A stretch of 64,000 bases of DNA, from NCBI GenBank assembly GCA_028692545.1, contig JAQUXC010000001.1, forward strand, positions 1,365 through 65,364, written 5' to 3'. Under the pieces are notes generated by a model. That model saw nothing but the letters and a program-made list of their open reading frames with translations. It did not search any database and was not told the origin of the DNA. The DNA is from Patescibacteria group bacterium (GTDB lineage: Bacteria > Patescibacteriota > Patescibacteriia > UBA1558 > S5-K13). The first letter of the stretch is position 1. Every line of letters starts with the position of its first letter. The position numbers were made by a program, and so were the translations under genes. Of this stretch, positions 20,375 through 33,524 are shown in pieces.

Positions 20375-20476
20375 TTAGGTTTTTATTATTGACATAAGTT
20401 TTTAGAAGTGATATTATTTTAAATAATGGATTTCTATAAATCCATTGATGTAAGTTAACAAATAAGCGATAAAGAA

Positions 20477-20830
20477 ATGTCAGAAAGAGACAAAGAGTTT
20501 CTAGAAAGTCTTGTAAAATTCCTTGTAGACAGTCCAGACAAGGTAAAAGCAACAAGAACTGTTGATGAAATGGGAGTATTATTAACTCTCGATGTAGATC
20601 CAAATGATATGGGTCAAATAATCGGCAGAAGAGGTAACACAGCAAGAGCAATTAGAACTCTACTTAGAGTAGTAGGTGCTAAGAACAATGCAAGGGTTAA
20701 CCTAAAGATAAATCAACCAGAAGGTGTTAGAGTTCCTTCAGAATACAATAGTTCAGAACATCATAGTTCAGAACATAGAGGTTCAGAAGTAGAAGCATCA
20801 ACATCAGATGTAGATGATCTAAAATTATAA
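20477..20830 (+). CDS. KH-domain RNA-binding protein (KhpA/UPF0109-like) with acidic C-terminal extension
   Basis: GQIIGRRGNTARAIRTLL KH GXXG loop; located upstream of trmD as in rpsP-khpA-rimM-trmD clusters. Confidence 0.75.
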   Translation: MSERDKEFLESLVKFLVDSPDKVKATRTVDEMGVLLTLDVDPNDMGQIIGRRGNTARAIRTLLRVVGAKNNARVNLKINQPEGVRVPSEYNSSEHHSSEHRGSEVEASTSDVDDLKL

Positions 20831-20893
20831 ATTTTTTTTAAAACAAAAGGCCGTCTTTACAGATGGCTTTTTGTTTTCTATATTTAATATATT

Positions 20894-21538
20894 ATGCAAT
20901 TCGATATAATCACAATTTTCCCAAAAGTTTTGGACTCTTATTATAATGAGAGTATTATTGGTCGTGCACAAAAAAATAAATTAATAAAGATAAATTATAC
21001 AAATCTTCGAGATTTTACTACCGACCAACATAGAAGTGTTGATGACTCACCATATGGTGGGGGACCAGGAATGATTTTAAAAATTGAACCAATAGCACGT
21101 GCATTAAAATCAATTCGTAGGAAGAAGAAATCAAAAATAGTTTTACTTGATCCAAAAGGAAAATTATACAATCACAAAAAAGCACTTGAATTTTCAAAAC
21201 TCGATCAAATAATTTTTGTAAATGGGTATTATGAAGGAATAGATTCTAGAGTAGATGAGCTGGTAGATGAAAAAATTTCTATGGGAGAATTTGTGCTATC
21301 AAATAGTGAACTTGCAACTGCTATGATAATTGATTCTGCCTCGCGACTTATAAAAGGAGTACTTGGAAATGAAGAATCTCTTAGTGTAGAATCATATTCT
21401 GATAATTTTGTAGAATATCCACAATACACAAGACCAGAGCAAATTAAGATTGAAAAAAATATTTATAAAGTTCCAGAAATTCTTTTGTCTGGTAATCATA
21501 AGGAAATAGAGACGTGGAGAAGAGAAAAAAGAAAGTGA
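20894..21538 (+). CDS. trmD: tRNA (guanine37-N1)-methyltransferase
   Basis: FDIITIFP...SPYGGGPGMIL...GYYEGIDSRV motifs of TrmD. Confidence 0.9.
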   Translation: MQFDIITIFPKVLDSYYNESIIGRAQKNKLIKINYTNLRDFTTDQHRSVDDSPYGGGPGMILKIEPIARALKSIRRKKKSKIVLLDPKGKLYNHKKALEFSKLDQIIFVNGYYEGIDSRVDELVDEKISMGEFVLSNSELATAMIIDSASRLIKGVLGNEESLSVESYSDNFVEYPQYTRPEQIKIEKNIYKVPEILLSGNHKEIETWRREKRK

Positions 21539-21855
21539 TTATTTTTTCCTACCTACTGGCAGGCAGGTATTTTTATTTATTATGCCCATTGTTTTTTTAC
21601 TTTTTGAAGTTATGATTTTAGAAAATTAGTATCAAAATTACCATATAGTAGATCACTACTTTTTTTATTTTTCAATGCGTTTTTTAGTACAATAGGTAGT
21701 ATATTAAGTTTATATTCTAATTTTCCAATTTTTTATCATAAAAATTAAATATTTTATGTATTTATAATCTCATATTTAAGACTAAAAATCAAACAAAAAA
21801 TACCTATTTCTAGGTATTTTATATTTTATGCCAAATATTGAATATTAGATTTTAT

Positions 21856-22098
21856 CTAGATTAATCTTTTATTTCTAAAAGCTATTCCGGAAGCTGTTTT
21901 TAAATATCTTTCAAAATCTAAAGCTTTTTTCTTATCTAAAAACACGCAATAATAAATTAGTTTCCAAGGTCTAAATTTATTAGTATATGGAGATATTCCT
22001 CTGTTATGATCATTCAATCTATTTTTTAAATATTTAGAAAAACCTGTATAAAATTTGGATTTAAAATTAATGCTTTGAATAATATAAATATAAAACAT
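21856..22098 (-). CDS. Small GIY-YIG nuclease family protein (YhbQ/UPF0213-like), paralog of 5907..6158
   Basis: FYIYIIQS...FYTGFS GIY-YIG motif; 80 aa; adjacent to tRNA-Leu. Confidence 0.65.
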   Translation of the reverse strand: MFYIYIIQSINFKSKFYTGFSKYLKNRLNDHNRGISPYTNKFRPWKLIYYCVFLDKKKALDFERYLKTASGIAFRNKRLI

Positions 22099-22262
22099 AA
22101 AAATAAAATCACTAATAAATTAGCGACCCTTTAAAATACATGTGCTCTCCTTCGGAGAATTGGTGTACCATTCGTAGCGTATTTATACCAGAAGAACAAA
22201 TATTAAAAAATAAGTCCTTCTTCGCCAAAGGCTATGAAGGACATTCTTCGCTACGCGAAGAA

Positions 22263-22347
22263 TGGTACCGGGAAGAGGACTTGAACCTCCAAGCCTTGCG
22301 GCACATGCTCCTAAGGCATGCGTGTATACCAATTCCACCATCCCGGC
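22263..22347 (-). tRNA. tRNA-Leu (anticodon TAG), CCA encoded
   Basis: rc GCCGGGATGGTGGAATTGGTA..., long variable arm, anticodon loop CTTAGGA. Confidence 0.75.
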
Positions 22348-22435
22348 ATTTTCAATTTATCAAATGAATAATAAATTTATTACCTCTTTTGATAATGAAA
22401 TTATTATAGATTTAATATTTTATATAGTCAAGATG

Positions 22436-23029
22436 CTATTTATTACATTCTGCACTCATCAATTTTTCATTGAAACATGTTCCTTGTTGACATATACAAT
22501 CTTCACTTGTATAAGCTGCACAAAAATCAAATAGAGTTGTGCACATTTCTGGTTTTTGATATTGATCAATGAATTTTTTGTTTATGCAACTGCGTGAATG
22601 ACATCCTGGTAATGGTACACAGTCTTCATGATTATTGCATTGTGAATGATTCTCTGTAATTACAGAATTATCTTTTATTATTTCAAAATTACTTATTTCT
22701 ATTGTTTCGTTATTTATAATATAATCAAAATTTGCTTTTAGTGCGATATGTCCATCTTCATAACTTACTATTGCTTTGTTATTTTCTTCTATTTGTAAAT
22801 CTGTAATATAGAAGGTTCCACCAAGAACTGCTTTTTCTGAAGATAAGTTTGATATATTGTCTTTCAAATAATTTTTTAATTTTTCTTCTATGGATAATTG
22901 TTCTTGTTTTACATCTTCATTGTTTTGAGGATTTTCTACATTTTTTGTATTGTTATTATTTTTGAATAAAATTACCACTGTTAGTAATATTACAAGTGTA
23001 AATAATATTATTAGTATTTTTTTTGTCAT
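22436..23029 (-). CDS. Secreted protein with Cys-rich C-terminal domain
   Basis: N-terminal TM/signal; 12 Cys in last 60 aa. Confidence 0.5.
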   Translation of the reverse strand: MTKKILIILFTLVILLTVVILFKNNNNTKNVENPQNNEDVKQEQLSIEEKLKNYLKDNISNLSSEKAVLGGTFYITDLQIEENNKAIVSYEDGHIALKANFDYIINNETIEISNFEIIKDNSVITENHSQCNNHEDCVPLPGCHSRSCINKKFIDQYQKPEMCTTLFDFCAAYTSEDCICQQGTCFNEKLMSAECNK

Positions 23030-23163
23030 AGAATTTTTATCCTATCTTTAGGATAGTTATTTATTATATTATTAATGATATCAGTTTGTGCTTATAAATC
23101 AATCTATTATTGTTTTCATAATAATATATTGTAATAAAAAATAAATATTGATACAATCTATTT

Positions 23164-23706
23164 ATGGATATTTTAGCAATAGTATTTATTTGGCCAATTA
23201 TAATATTTGCTCTAGGACTTACATTTATTGCCTTTGGTGATTTTATGATGAGTGGGCATGGGAATTTAGCATTTTCAATATTATATTCTATATTGTCACC
23301 TGTTTTTACAATTTTGTTTATTATATTGATATTTAAATTTTTTAAAAGGTCTAGAGAAGATAAAATAGGAAACTTTGTAGATAAAATTCGCAATGTTAGT
23401 ATAGGATTTTCTCTATCTCTATTATTTCCTATTGTTGTAAGATACTTTATAGAAGCTACAGACAATTCATTAATAGGAACTATTTTTGGTTTAATTGTTG
23501 GATTTACATTGGTAGTTTCTGGTATGTTTATGAAGAGAAATAAAATTTTGATATATAGTAATATATTAGGTGGCGCTATGGTTCTCATTTATACATATGC
23601 TCAATTATGGAATTTAGGGCAAGGAGCCAGAATAATAGCAGCAGCTTTTGCTCTTATTGTTGCTGTTGTAGTGTCAGTATTGAAATTAAAAGACAAATTA
23701 ACATAA
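23164..23706 (+). CDS. Hypothetical integral membrane protein
   Basis: 5-6 hydrophobic helices; preferred over overlapping antisense ORF 23064..23588. Confidence 0.55.
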   Translation: MDILAIVFIWPIIIFALGLTFIAFGDFMMSGHGNLAFSILYSILSPVFTILFIILIFKFFKRSREDKIGNFVDKIRNVSIGFSLSLLFPIVVRYFIEATDNSLIGTIFGLIVGFTLVVSGMFMKRNKILIYSNILGGAMVLIYTYAQLWNLGQGARIIAAAFALIVAVVVSVLKLKDKLT

Positions 23707-23710
23707 TTTC

Positions 23711-24118
23711 ATGAATCAGAAAAATGTAGCTATAAAATTGATATTTGGTGGTGTTATACTGTTGTTTGGTACCGCCTTAGCTTTTTTTACTGCAAGTTAT
23801 CTTGAAACAAATGAAGTATTTAGTTATTGGACTACATTAGTTATTTTTACTGGTATATATATTTTTGCAGGTATTATAATTCACAAAATATATTCTATAA
23901 GTTTAGGATTTTTGTTTTCTGGGGATATATTATTACTTTATGTATTGGGAGATAATTTTGGTGATATAAATATTTGGGCTAAGTTTATAATTTTGGTAGC
24001 TGTATTAATTATATTATATTCTATTACTTGGCTTGTGTATTCAAAAAAAGATTTTGATCAACCTTCTTTACCGATACAAAATTTAATTAATCCAAATACT
24101 CCAAATATCTCTAGTTAA
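23711..24118 (+). CDS. Hypothetical integral membrane protein
   Basis: 4 hydrophobic helices; 5-nt spacing from upstream gene. Confidence 0.55.
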   Translation: MNQKNVAIKLIFGGVILLFGTALAFFTASYLETNEVFSYWTTLVIFTGIYIFAGIIIHKIYSISLGFLFSGDILLLYVLGDNFGDINIWAKFIILVAVLIILYSITWLVYSKKDFDQPSLPIQNLINPNTPNISS

Positions 24119-24119
24119 G

Positions 24120-24551
24120 TTATTTTAATTTTTCCCAATTTTCAATTTTACCTTGTATAGTTTCAAAAATAGAATTAGCTTCTATTTTTTTTATTGCTTT
24201 GAGTTTTTTAATTTCATCTGGAGATCTTTTTTCTAATTTTTTTATTAGATGATTGAATTCATATTCTAATTGTTTTGAGTTTACTTTTATTGTTTCAAAT
24301 TTTTTTGGTATTTGAATCTTTTTTACATCAAAATTATAATTTCTTCTTTTGGCTTCTTCTATTATATATAGTAAATACTGATTTATTGATGAAATAGAAT
24401 TTTTTGATTTTTTGAATCTTTCTAATTGAGGGTGATTTTTGTAGCCTTTTGTTTTTCCTTCAAGGACTTTTTTTGCAAGAAGAGATTCTCGCCACAAAGC
24501 TACGAGACCAATCTTGTCTAAATATTTTGGATGTATACTCCAGAGTCTCAT
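24120..24551 (-). CDS. Pyrimidine dimer DNA glycosylase (Pyr_excise / T4 endonuclease V-like family)
   Basis: N-terminal MRLWSIHPKYLD..GLVALWRESLLAKKVL...GYKNHPQLERF matches the conserved N-terminus of this family. Confidence 0.6.
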   Translation of the reverse strand: MRLWSIHPKYLDKIGLVALWRESLLAKKVLEGKTKGYKNHPQLERFKKSKNSISSINQYLLYIIEEAKRRNYNFDVKKIQIPKKFETIKVNSKQLEYEFNHLIKKLEKRSPDEIKKLKAIKKIEANSIFETIQGKIENWEKLK

Positions 24552-24554
24552 TTT

Positions 24555-25016
24555 TTAATTTAGCTTATATAAATAGAAGTTTAATATAGTGGCAAATGAA
24601 ACCCAGAATAAATATGGGAGTAATAGATATGCGGATGTTCTATTAAGTTTGTAAAAGTTTGTTATTGTTAATATTATAAAAATCAACAGAATAAGAATGT
24701 TTATTAATCCATACAATGGATTTTGTAATGCAAAAAATGAAAAAGACCAAGCAATGTTTAGTATCAATTGTATTGTAAAAATGAAAATTGCTTTTTTATT
24801 GTTTTCTTTTTGCAATATTAAATAAAGAGATATTCCCATTAGTATAAATAGAGAAGTCCATACTGGAGCAAATAACCAATTTGGTGGATTAAATGATGGT
24901 TTTTGTAATGTGCTATACCAAGTAGGAATATTTGGTGTTGTAAAAAGTGAACCAATAAATCCAGCTGAGAGACATACTAAGATTGAGACTATAAATTGTG
25001 CTATTTTTTTTAACAT
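24555..25016 (-). CDS. TspO/MBR family tryptophan-rich sensory protein
   Basis: WY..L.KPSFNPPNWLFAPVWT.LF..MGISLY pattern, 5 TM, Trp-rich. Confidence 0.8.
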   Translation of the reverse strand: MLKKIAQFIVSILVCLSAGFIGSLFTTPNIPTWYSTLQKPSFNPPNWLFAPVWTSLFILMGISLYLILQKENNKKAIFIFTIQLILNIAWSFSFFALQNPLYGLINILILLIFIILTITNFYKLNRTSAYLLLPYLFWVSFATILNFYLYKLN

Positions 25017-25031
25017 ATTTTTGTTTAATTA

Positions 25032-25442
25032 TTATTTATTAAAAAATTTTTTAATAATATTTCCGAAATCTTCTATTGTTTTATATTTTTCTATTTTTAT
25101 ATTTTTGTTTCCAGAAATCATTACAGGAATTCTTTTATCTTTTTGTTCACGATAAAAACATAAAATATTTTTTTCCATTGCCTCACTAGATCCAAGTTCA
25201 TAGCCAACTCCAATACTTGGAGTAGATATTTCAGCAATAATAATATCAGATTCCTTTAACCAACTCATGTCTCTATTATATATAAATTTATCTGTTTTGA
25301 TTTCACCTTTTGAATTTAAATTAACATTTCCAACATGTTCAGTAAGAACTGTCCCGTATTGAGATAAAATTTTGATCATTTGGCGATAAATATCTTTGTC
25401 ATCTCTTCCGCCAGTTATTGATCCTGCAAAATAAATTTTCAT
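25032..25442 (-). CDS. 2'-deoxynucleoside 5'-phosphate N-hydrolase (DNPH1/Rcl)-like / nucleoside 2-deoxyribosyltransferase family
   Basis: IYFAGSITGGRDD...YGTVLTEHV...ESDIIIAEISTPSIGVGYELG...ILCFY closely parallels DNPH1 signature blocks. Confidence 0.65.
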   Translation of the reverse strand: MKIYFAGSITGGRDDKDIYRQMIKILSQYGTVLTEHVGNVNLNSKGEIKTDKFIYNRDMSWLKESDIIIAEISTPSIGVGYELGSSEAMEKNILCFYREQKDKRIPVMISGNKNIKIEKYKTIEDFGNIIKKFFNK

Positions 25443-25770
25443 GTTATTTAGGTTATTGTTGGTTTTGTAATTATATAACTAATAGTAATTATATAACATA
25501 AGTGAGTAAATAAAAGTATATATGATTTTATTTGTTGAAATTTAAAATTTTTTGAATTAGATTAAATAATATTTACCAACAAAACAAAAATACCTATTTG
25601 TGATAAGTATTTTTGATGGTGCCGCGGGAGAGACTTCCCGCCTTCACTACTCCCTTTGCTGAAGCTTCGGGAGTCAAGAAAGTTTCGGCGGGATAAACTT
25701 TTCGTCTCTCCTTAATTTTTGTTTTAATAATGTTTTATAAAAAATAAAAACTCTCGAACTTGTCGAGAGG

Positions 25771-25858
25771 TGGTGCCGCGGGAGAGACTCGAACTCTCAC
25801 GAATTATACATCCATTGGATTTTAAGTCCAACGCGTCTACCAATTCCGCCACCACGGC
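25771..25858 (-). tRNA. tRNA-Leu (anticodon TAA), CCA encoded
   Basis: rc GCCGTGGTGGCGGAATTGGTAGACGC..., long variable arm, anticodon loop CTTAAAA. Confidence 0.8.
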
Positions 25859-26107
25859 ACAAACATAAATTTTTTAAAGCTTACTAAATTTCTTAATTAC
25901 AGAATATATTATAATTTTTCGCCCTTACGAAGCTTTAGCGAAGTAGGGCGTCACCACGGCATTTTTTAATTATGAATGATGAATGATGAATTTTGATGTA
26001 AGTTAATTGCTCAGTTTTTAAAACTCATTTTCAAAATTATACTTAATATTATACATAATTGTATTTATTAGGCAAGTATATTATAGTCTTTATTATTTTT
26101 TAATTTT

Positions 26108-27133
26108 TTATATTTGAATATAAGCTATTATCTTTGGATTTATTTCAAATTTTATACCTGATTTTTTTATTTTTTCATTTATTACATCTTTTAATAAATT
26201 AAGACCGCCCTTATTTTTTATTGTTTCTATATTAAATATTCCATTCTCAGAAAATATATTTTGAATTTCATAAAATACTTTTTCGTTTTTTAGATCCTCA
26301 AAAATTTTGTCTATAGTTTTTATTAAATCTATTGCCGTATCTTTACTTTCTTCTAGAAGTAAAACGTCTATCAATCTTTTTGCTCCATCTTCTCCTTCTA
26401 AAACATTTATGAAACTTTGTTCCAATATTGATGTATTTTCTTCTAAAGATTTTTTTGTATCTTCATTCATAAACTTTTCTGTATTTAATCTAAATCCAAC
26501 ATTTTTAAAACCTATGTTTGCGAGCATATCTGCATCAAAAACAATTTTATCTTCTATAGTTATGGGATCAGGGTATCTTTTTCCACTATTTATATATTTT
26601 ACCAAAAAAGGATGGTTCATATGTCTTTCTATTGCAGATTTTACAGTTTCTATAAATTGATCATTTATTTTTATTCCATCTATTGTTGTACCTTCTATTT
26701 TTTTTAATATTTCTTCTGCTCTTTGGATGCCTGCAGTATGATGGGTTTTTAAATCAGATATTAATTTTCCGCTATCATGCAAAATAGTTGCAGTAGTTGC
26801 AGAAACTTTTTCTTTTTTTGATAAGTTTGGAATTTGTTCCATTATTAGAAGCGCGTAATCCAAAACTGTTTTATTATGATTTTCTAAAACTGCCAAATTT
26901 CCCTCTTTTTTTTCTTTTAGTTCTTGATCGGTTTCTTCTTCTATATCTTGTGCATATAAGTATTCTCTCATTTCTATTACTTGAGAGTATTTTTGTTTTT
27001 CTGTTCCATTTTCATTGTCATTTTTCATTTGACTATTATTTTTCATTTCAGGTAATTTGAAATAATATTCATCATTTAAATTTAGAGATTCAGCACTGTT
27101 TGTATTATTATATAAATTTTCAGCTTCCTTCAT
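26108..27133 (-). CDS. HD-domain protein with Glu/Lys-rich N-terminal region
   Basis: ILHDSGK ... HH ... FDADML HD-domain motifs. Confidence 0.6.
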   Translation of the reverse strand: MKEAENLYNNTNSAESLNLNDEYYFKLPEMKNNSQMKNDNENGTEKQKYSQVIEMREYLYAQDIEEETDQELKEKKEGNLAVLENHNKTVLDYALLIMEQIPNLSKKEKVSATTATILHDSGKLISDLKTHHTAGIQRAEEILKKIEGTTIDGIKINDQFIETVKSAIERHMNHPFLVKYINSGKRYPDPITIEDKIVFDADMLANIGFKNVGFRLNTEKFMNEDTKKSLEENTSILEQSFINVLEGEDGAKRLIDVLLLEESKDTAIDLIKTIDKIFEDLKNEKVFYEIQNIFSENGIFNIETIKNKGGLNLLKDVINEKIKKSGIKFEINPKIIAYIQI

Positions 27134-27682
27134 AGTTTTTTATTATTAATAATGTTTATAATAATAGCATTATTATTGTATTTTGTCAACATAAATTTTT
27201 TTATTTTATAATTATAGTATTATAAATATTTAATATTTTAAACTTTGGATTAAAGTTTATTATTTATGTGTTTTAAGCTCTTGACTTATTTTTTATTTTC
27301 TATATAATTATTTACAGTTATCCACAAGTAATAATTAACAAAAAAACTTGTATCAAATAGAAAAAAATATAACAAACAAATATAGATTGAGCGGATTTTA
27401 ATACTCTAATTTTATTAGTTATAGAACCGCTAGATAGCGGTTTTTTTGAACCTTAAAAATGTAATCAATAACTAGTAGTAATATCAGGCTTTCTTATGAA
27501 GATTTATCTGGTAGAAATATTTTTTTCTCAAACTGGAGAAATCTTTTGTAGAATCTCTCGCACCTTGGTGCTACTTACTACTAATTATTGCTTATATTAT
27601 TGTGAGCAAAAATTAGCTCATTGAAAATTTATTTTAAGGTATACTGAAACAAAGAAATATTTTATGTTTCAGTGATTGCAAT

Positions 27683-30806
<3,124 letters not shown>

Positions 30807-30898
30807 GAAACATTAAGTGTTTGTTTGAAAGAAAGTATAACTTAAAATAAATTAAAATCATTAGATAGCTTGATGTGAATCACAGTTCACGTCAGGAA

Positions 30899-31007
30899 TT
30901 TGGTGATTTTAGCGGTGGGGAAACACCCGGTCCCATTTCGAACCCGGCAGTTAAGCTCACTTGCGCCGATGATATTGCATTTTTGTGAGAAAGTAGGTAG
31001 TTGCCAA
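30899..31007 (+). rRNA. rrf: 5S ribosomal RNA
   Basis: GGTCCCATTTCGAACCCGGCAGTTAAGC...GCGCCGATGATA core. Confidence 0.85.
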
Positions 31008-31012
31008 TTATA

Positions 31013-31047
31013 TGAAAAACTCGAGTTTATACTCGAGTTTTTCTTTT
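31013..31047 (+). terminator. Intrinsic terminator after 5S
   Basis: CTCGAGTTTATACTCGAG hairpin + T-run. Confidence 0.7.
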
Positions 31048-31063
31048 TATGTGTTTTCAAAAT

Positions 31064-31282
31064 TTAATTTATTTCAACAATTTTATTATGAGTTGTATGT
31101 CCTTTTATAATTTCTATATTTGATTTTGAAGTTTTGAAATGTTTTGAAAGAAATTTTATAAGTTCTTCATTTGCTTTTCCTTTTTCTGGGATTGCATTTA
31201 ATTTTATTTTTAAAAAATCATCACGTTGTTCCGTGATTTCATTTTTTTTGGCATTTGTTTGAATTTTTATATTGTATTTCAT
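31064..31282 (-). CDS. DUF167/YggU family protein
   Basis: KGKANEELIKFLSKHFK...IEIIKGHTT pattern of UPF0235. Confidence 0.65.
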   Translation of the reverse strand: MKYNIKIQTNAKKNEITEQRDDFLKIKLNAIPEKGKANEELIKFLSKHFKTSKSNIEIIKGHTTHNKIVEIN

Positions 31283-31331
31283 ATATCAATGGTAGAGGCG
31301 TAGCAATGCTACGCCTCTACGTGATGATTTT

Positions 31332-31940
31332 TTAAAAATCAAAAATACCTTTTCCTTGTCTCAAAATTTCAATATTATCATCTACCAAACTTACTATTGT
31401 TGATGGTTCATTGTTTAACTCTCCTGCATCAAGGATAAGATCTACTTTTCCATACCAATCCTTTTTTATATCATTAGGATTTATATAATTTATTTCACCG
31501 GCTAAATTTACACTTGTTGTAACAATTGGATTTCCTAAGCTTGATACAATATCAAGACAAACACGATTATCAGGGATTCTAATTCCAATTGCTTTTCTTT
31601 TTGGGTCTTGGAGAATTTTTGGAGCATCACTAGATGCTGTTAATATAAATGTATATGGTCCTGGTAGATATTTTTTTAAAATTTTGTACTGCATGTTTGA
31701 AACATTTGCCCATCTGCTAATATCTTTTAAATCACTACAAATTATACTTAGTGGTTTTTGTTTTTTGCGGTTTTTTATTGTCTGAATTGTTTGAATTGAT
31801 TTTTTGTTTAAAATATCGCAACCAATACCATAAATAGTATCTGTTGGATAGACTACTATTTTTCCAGATTTTAGCATTTCAACTGCACCATTAATAATTT
31901 CTTGATCTGGATTTTTGATGTCGATTTGTTTTATTACCAT
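31332..31940 (-). CDS. tsaC: L-threonylcarbamoyladenylate synthase (YrdC/Sua5 domain)
   Basis: VVYPTDTIYGIGCD motif and overall YrdC fold pattern. Confidence 0.85.
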   Translation of the reverse strand: MVIKQIDIKNPDQEIINGAVEMLKSGKIVVYPTDTIYGIGCDILNKKSIQTIQTIKNRKKQKPLSIICSDLKDISRWANVSNMQYKILKKYLPGPYTFILTASSDAPKILQDPKRKAIGIRIPDNRVCLDIVSSLGNPIVTTSVNLAGEINYINPNDIKKDWYGKVDLILDAGELNNEPSTIVSLVDDNIEILRQGKGIFDF

Positions 31941-32034
31941 GAATTTATTTTATACCCAACGTCCGACGTTGGCAACGTCGGACGTTGCATCAGCTAAAGA
32001 AAATAAGGTAAAATAGCTATATAATAAAAATTTT

Positions 32035-33510
32035 ATGAATAGTTTTGAAAAAGGAAATCTAGCTCAGAATCTGGACAATTCAACAAGTTTAGAATTTGAA
32101 GAAAAATCAGAAGATTTTGTAATTGATCAAAAAGAAAATCAACAAGAAGAATTGATGAGTCTTTTGAATATAAATAAGGTAGAATTACAAATTATGATTT
32201 TAGAGTTAGAGGGTTATCTAAGTCAAGTAAATTTTGTACAACATTTGAAATTTAATTCTAGAGTTAAGAAGGGTTTTTTAAGTAATAACATTTTTAAGAA
32301 AGGAAAAGAAATTTTAGAAAGCAATATCCTTGAATCAAAAACGAGCATTAAAAGACCTTCTTCAAAAATAAGCTCAGATATTATTAGAGAATTAGATATA
32401 ATTAAAAAGATTTTTAATTTTAACGTATTAGATGTAGATCCGACAGCTCTAAATTTTTTATTGAAAGCTTTACAAGAAAATGATCTAGATAGAGTTTCTA
32501 AAATATTTAAATCTGGTAATGAATATGGAGTTGGGGGGCTAAATAAGGAATTTATTTTAGATGTAGATGAAAAAAGTGAGAATAAACTTTTAGAAATTGA
32601 AGATTTGTCGAAAGATAAAAAGCTTATATCAGATTTTTATAAATTATATGGAAACATTGTTATATCTGTAGATAATTATATAAATAGATTATCCGACTAT
32701 TGCAAAAAATTTACTTTAGAAGATTTAGATAAGGATAAATTAAAAGAAATAATTTTTAAGGATTTGCATGGTTCAGTTGATGAGGTTATGGAAATTTTAA
32801 TGACTACTAAGGAAAAATCAGATCAGTCCAAAAAAATTAAATATATATTAGAAGAGTTGAGCAATAAATTTATTAAAAGAAAAACAGTAACAAAACATTT
32901 TTTGGCTATTTTTATTGATTCAGTTAATATGAAAAATCCAAAAGATGATAAAAGTAAACTTTTTTTTGAGAGATTAAAATTAAATATGGAAAGAGTTATT
33001 CTTGATGAAAGTGTTGTTGATTTGCCAATAAACTTTAATCAAGAAATAGAGCATGATATAAGAGAATATAAACCAGAAATTAAAAATCCTCATAAAAAAC
33101 AAGTTTATATACCTATGGGTGTTTCTAGTGATATGGGATTTGTAGCAAATGACAAGCCACTTGAAGCTTTAAAAACCTTATTATGGGCTCAAAACCAAAA
33201 TACAGATATTAAATTTAGAGTAATAGACTCAATTCAAGAAAATAATTATAGAGCTCTCGGGATAGATGAAGACAGTGCAAATAGTATGTCAAGACGCAAA
33301 GGATTTGTAGATAGAGAGTGGTATGAAGAATATAACAAAGGTCTTAAATTATCAAATGATATACTTGGTTATGAAGGTAGATCTAGATTTGATGATGAAA
33401 ATAAATATTTAGATGATTTATGTGACAGAGATAAGTCTTTTCAATCTTGTTTTAATACTATGATTGAACCAAAATTATTTGAAAGAGCAAAAGAAAAAAT
33501 CCACAATTAA
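32035..33510 (+). CDS. Hypothetical protein, Lys/Glu/Asp-rich (491 aa)
   Basis: Long ORF; no recognisable motifs. Confidence 0.5.
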   Translation: MNSFEKGNLAQNLDNSTSLEFEEKSEDFVIDQKENQQEELMSLLNINKVELQIMILELEGYLSQVNFVQHLKFNSRVKKGFLSNNIFKKGKEILESNILESKTSIKRPSSKISSDIIRELDIIKKIFNFNVLDVDPTALNFLLKALQENDLDRVSKIFKSGNEYGVGGLNKEFILDVDEKSENKLLEIEDLSKDKKLISDFYKLYGNIVISVDNYINRLSDYCKKFTLEDLDKDKLKEIIFKDLHGSVDEVMEILMTTKEKSDQSKKIKYILEELSNKFIKRKTVTKHFLAIFIDSVNMKNPKDDKSKLFFERLKLNMERVILDESVVDLPINFNQEIEHDIREYKPEIKNPHKKQVYIPMGVSSDMGFVANDKPLEALKTLLWAQNQNTDIKFRVIDSIQENNYRALGIDEDSANSMSRRKGFVDREWYEEYNKGLKLSNDILGYEGRSRFDDENKYLDDLCDRDKSFQSCFNTMIEPKLFERAKEKIHN

Positions 33511-33524
33511 GTGAAGAGGAAATT

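Noticed and set aside
23064-23588. Minus-strand 174-aa ORF overlapping plus-strand 23164..23706
   Set aside because: The plus-strand product is a coherent multi-TM membrane protein abutting the next gene. The minus-strand translation is low-complexity Ile/Asn-rich with no start context.
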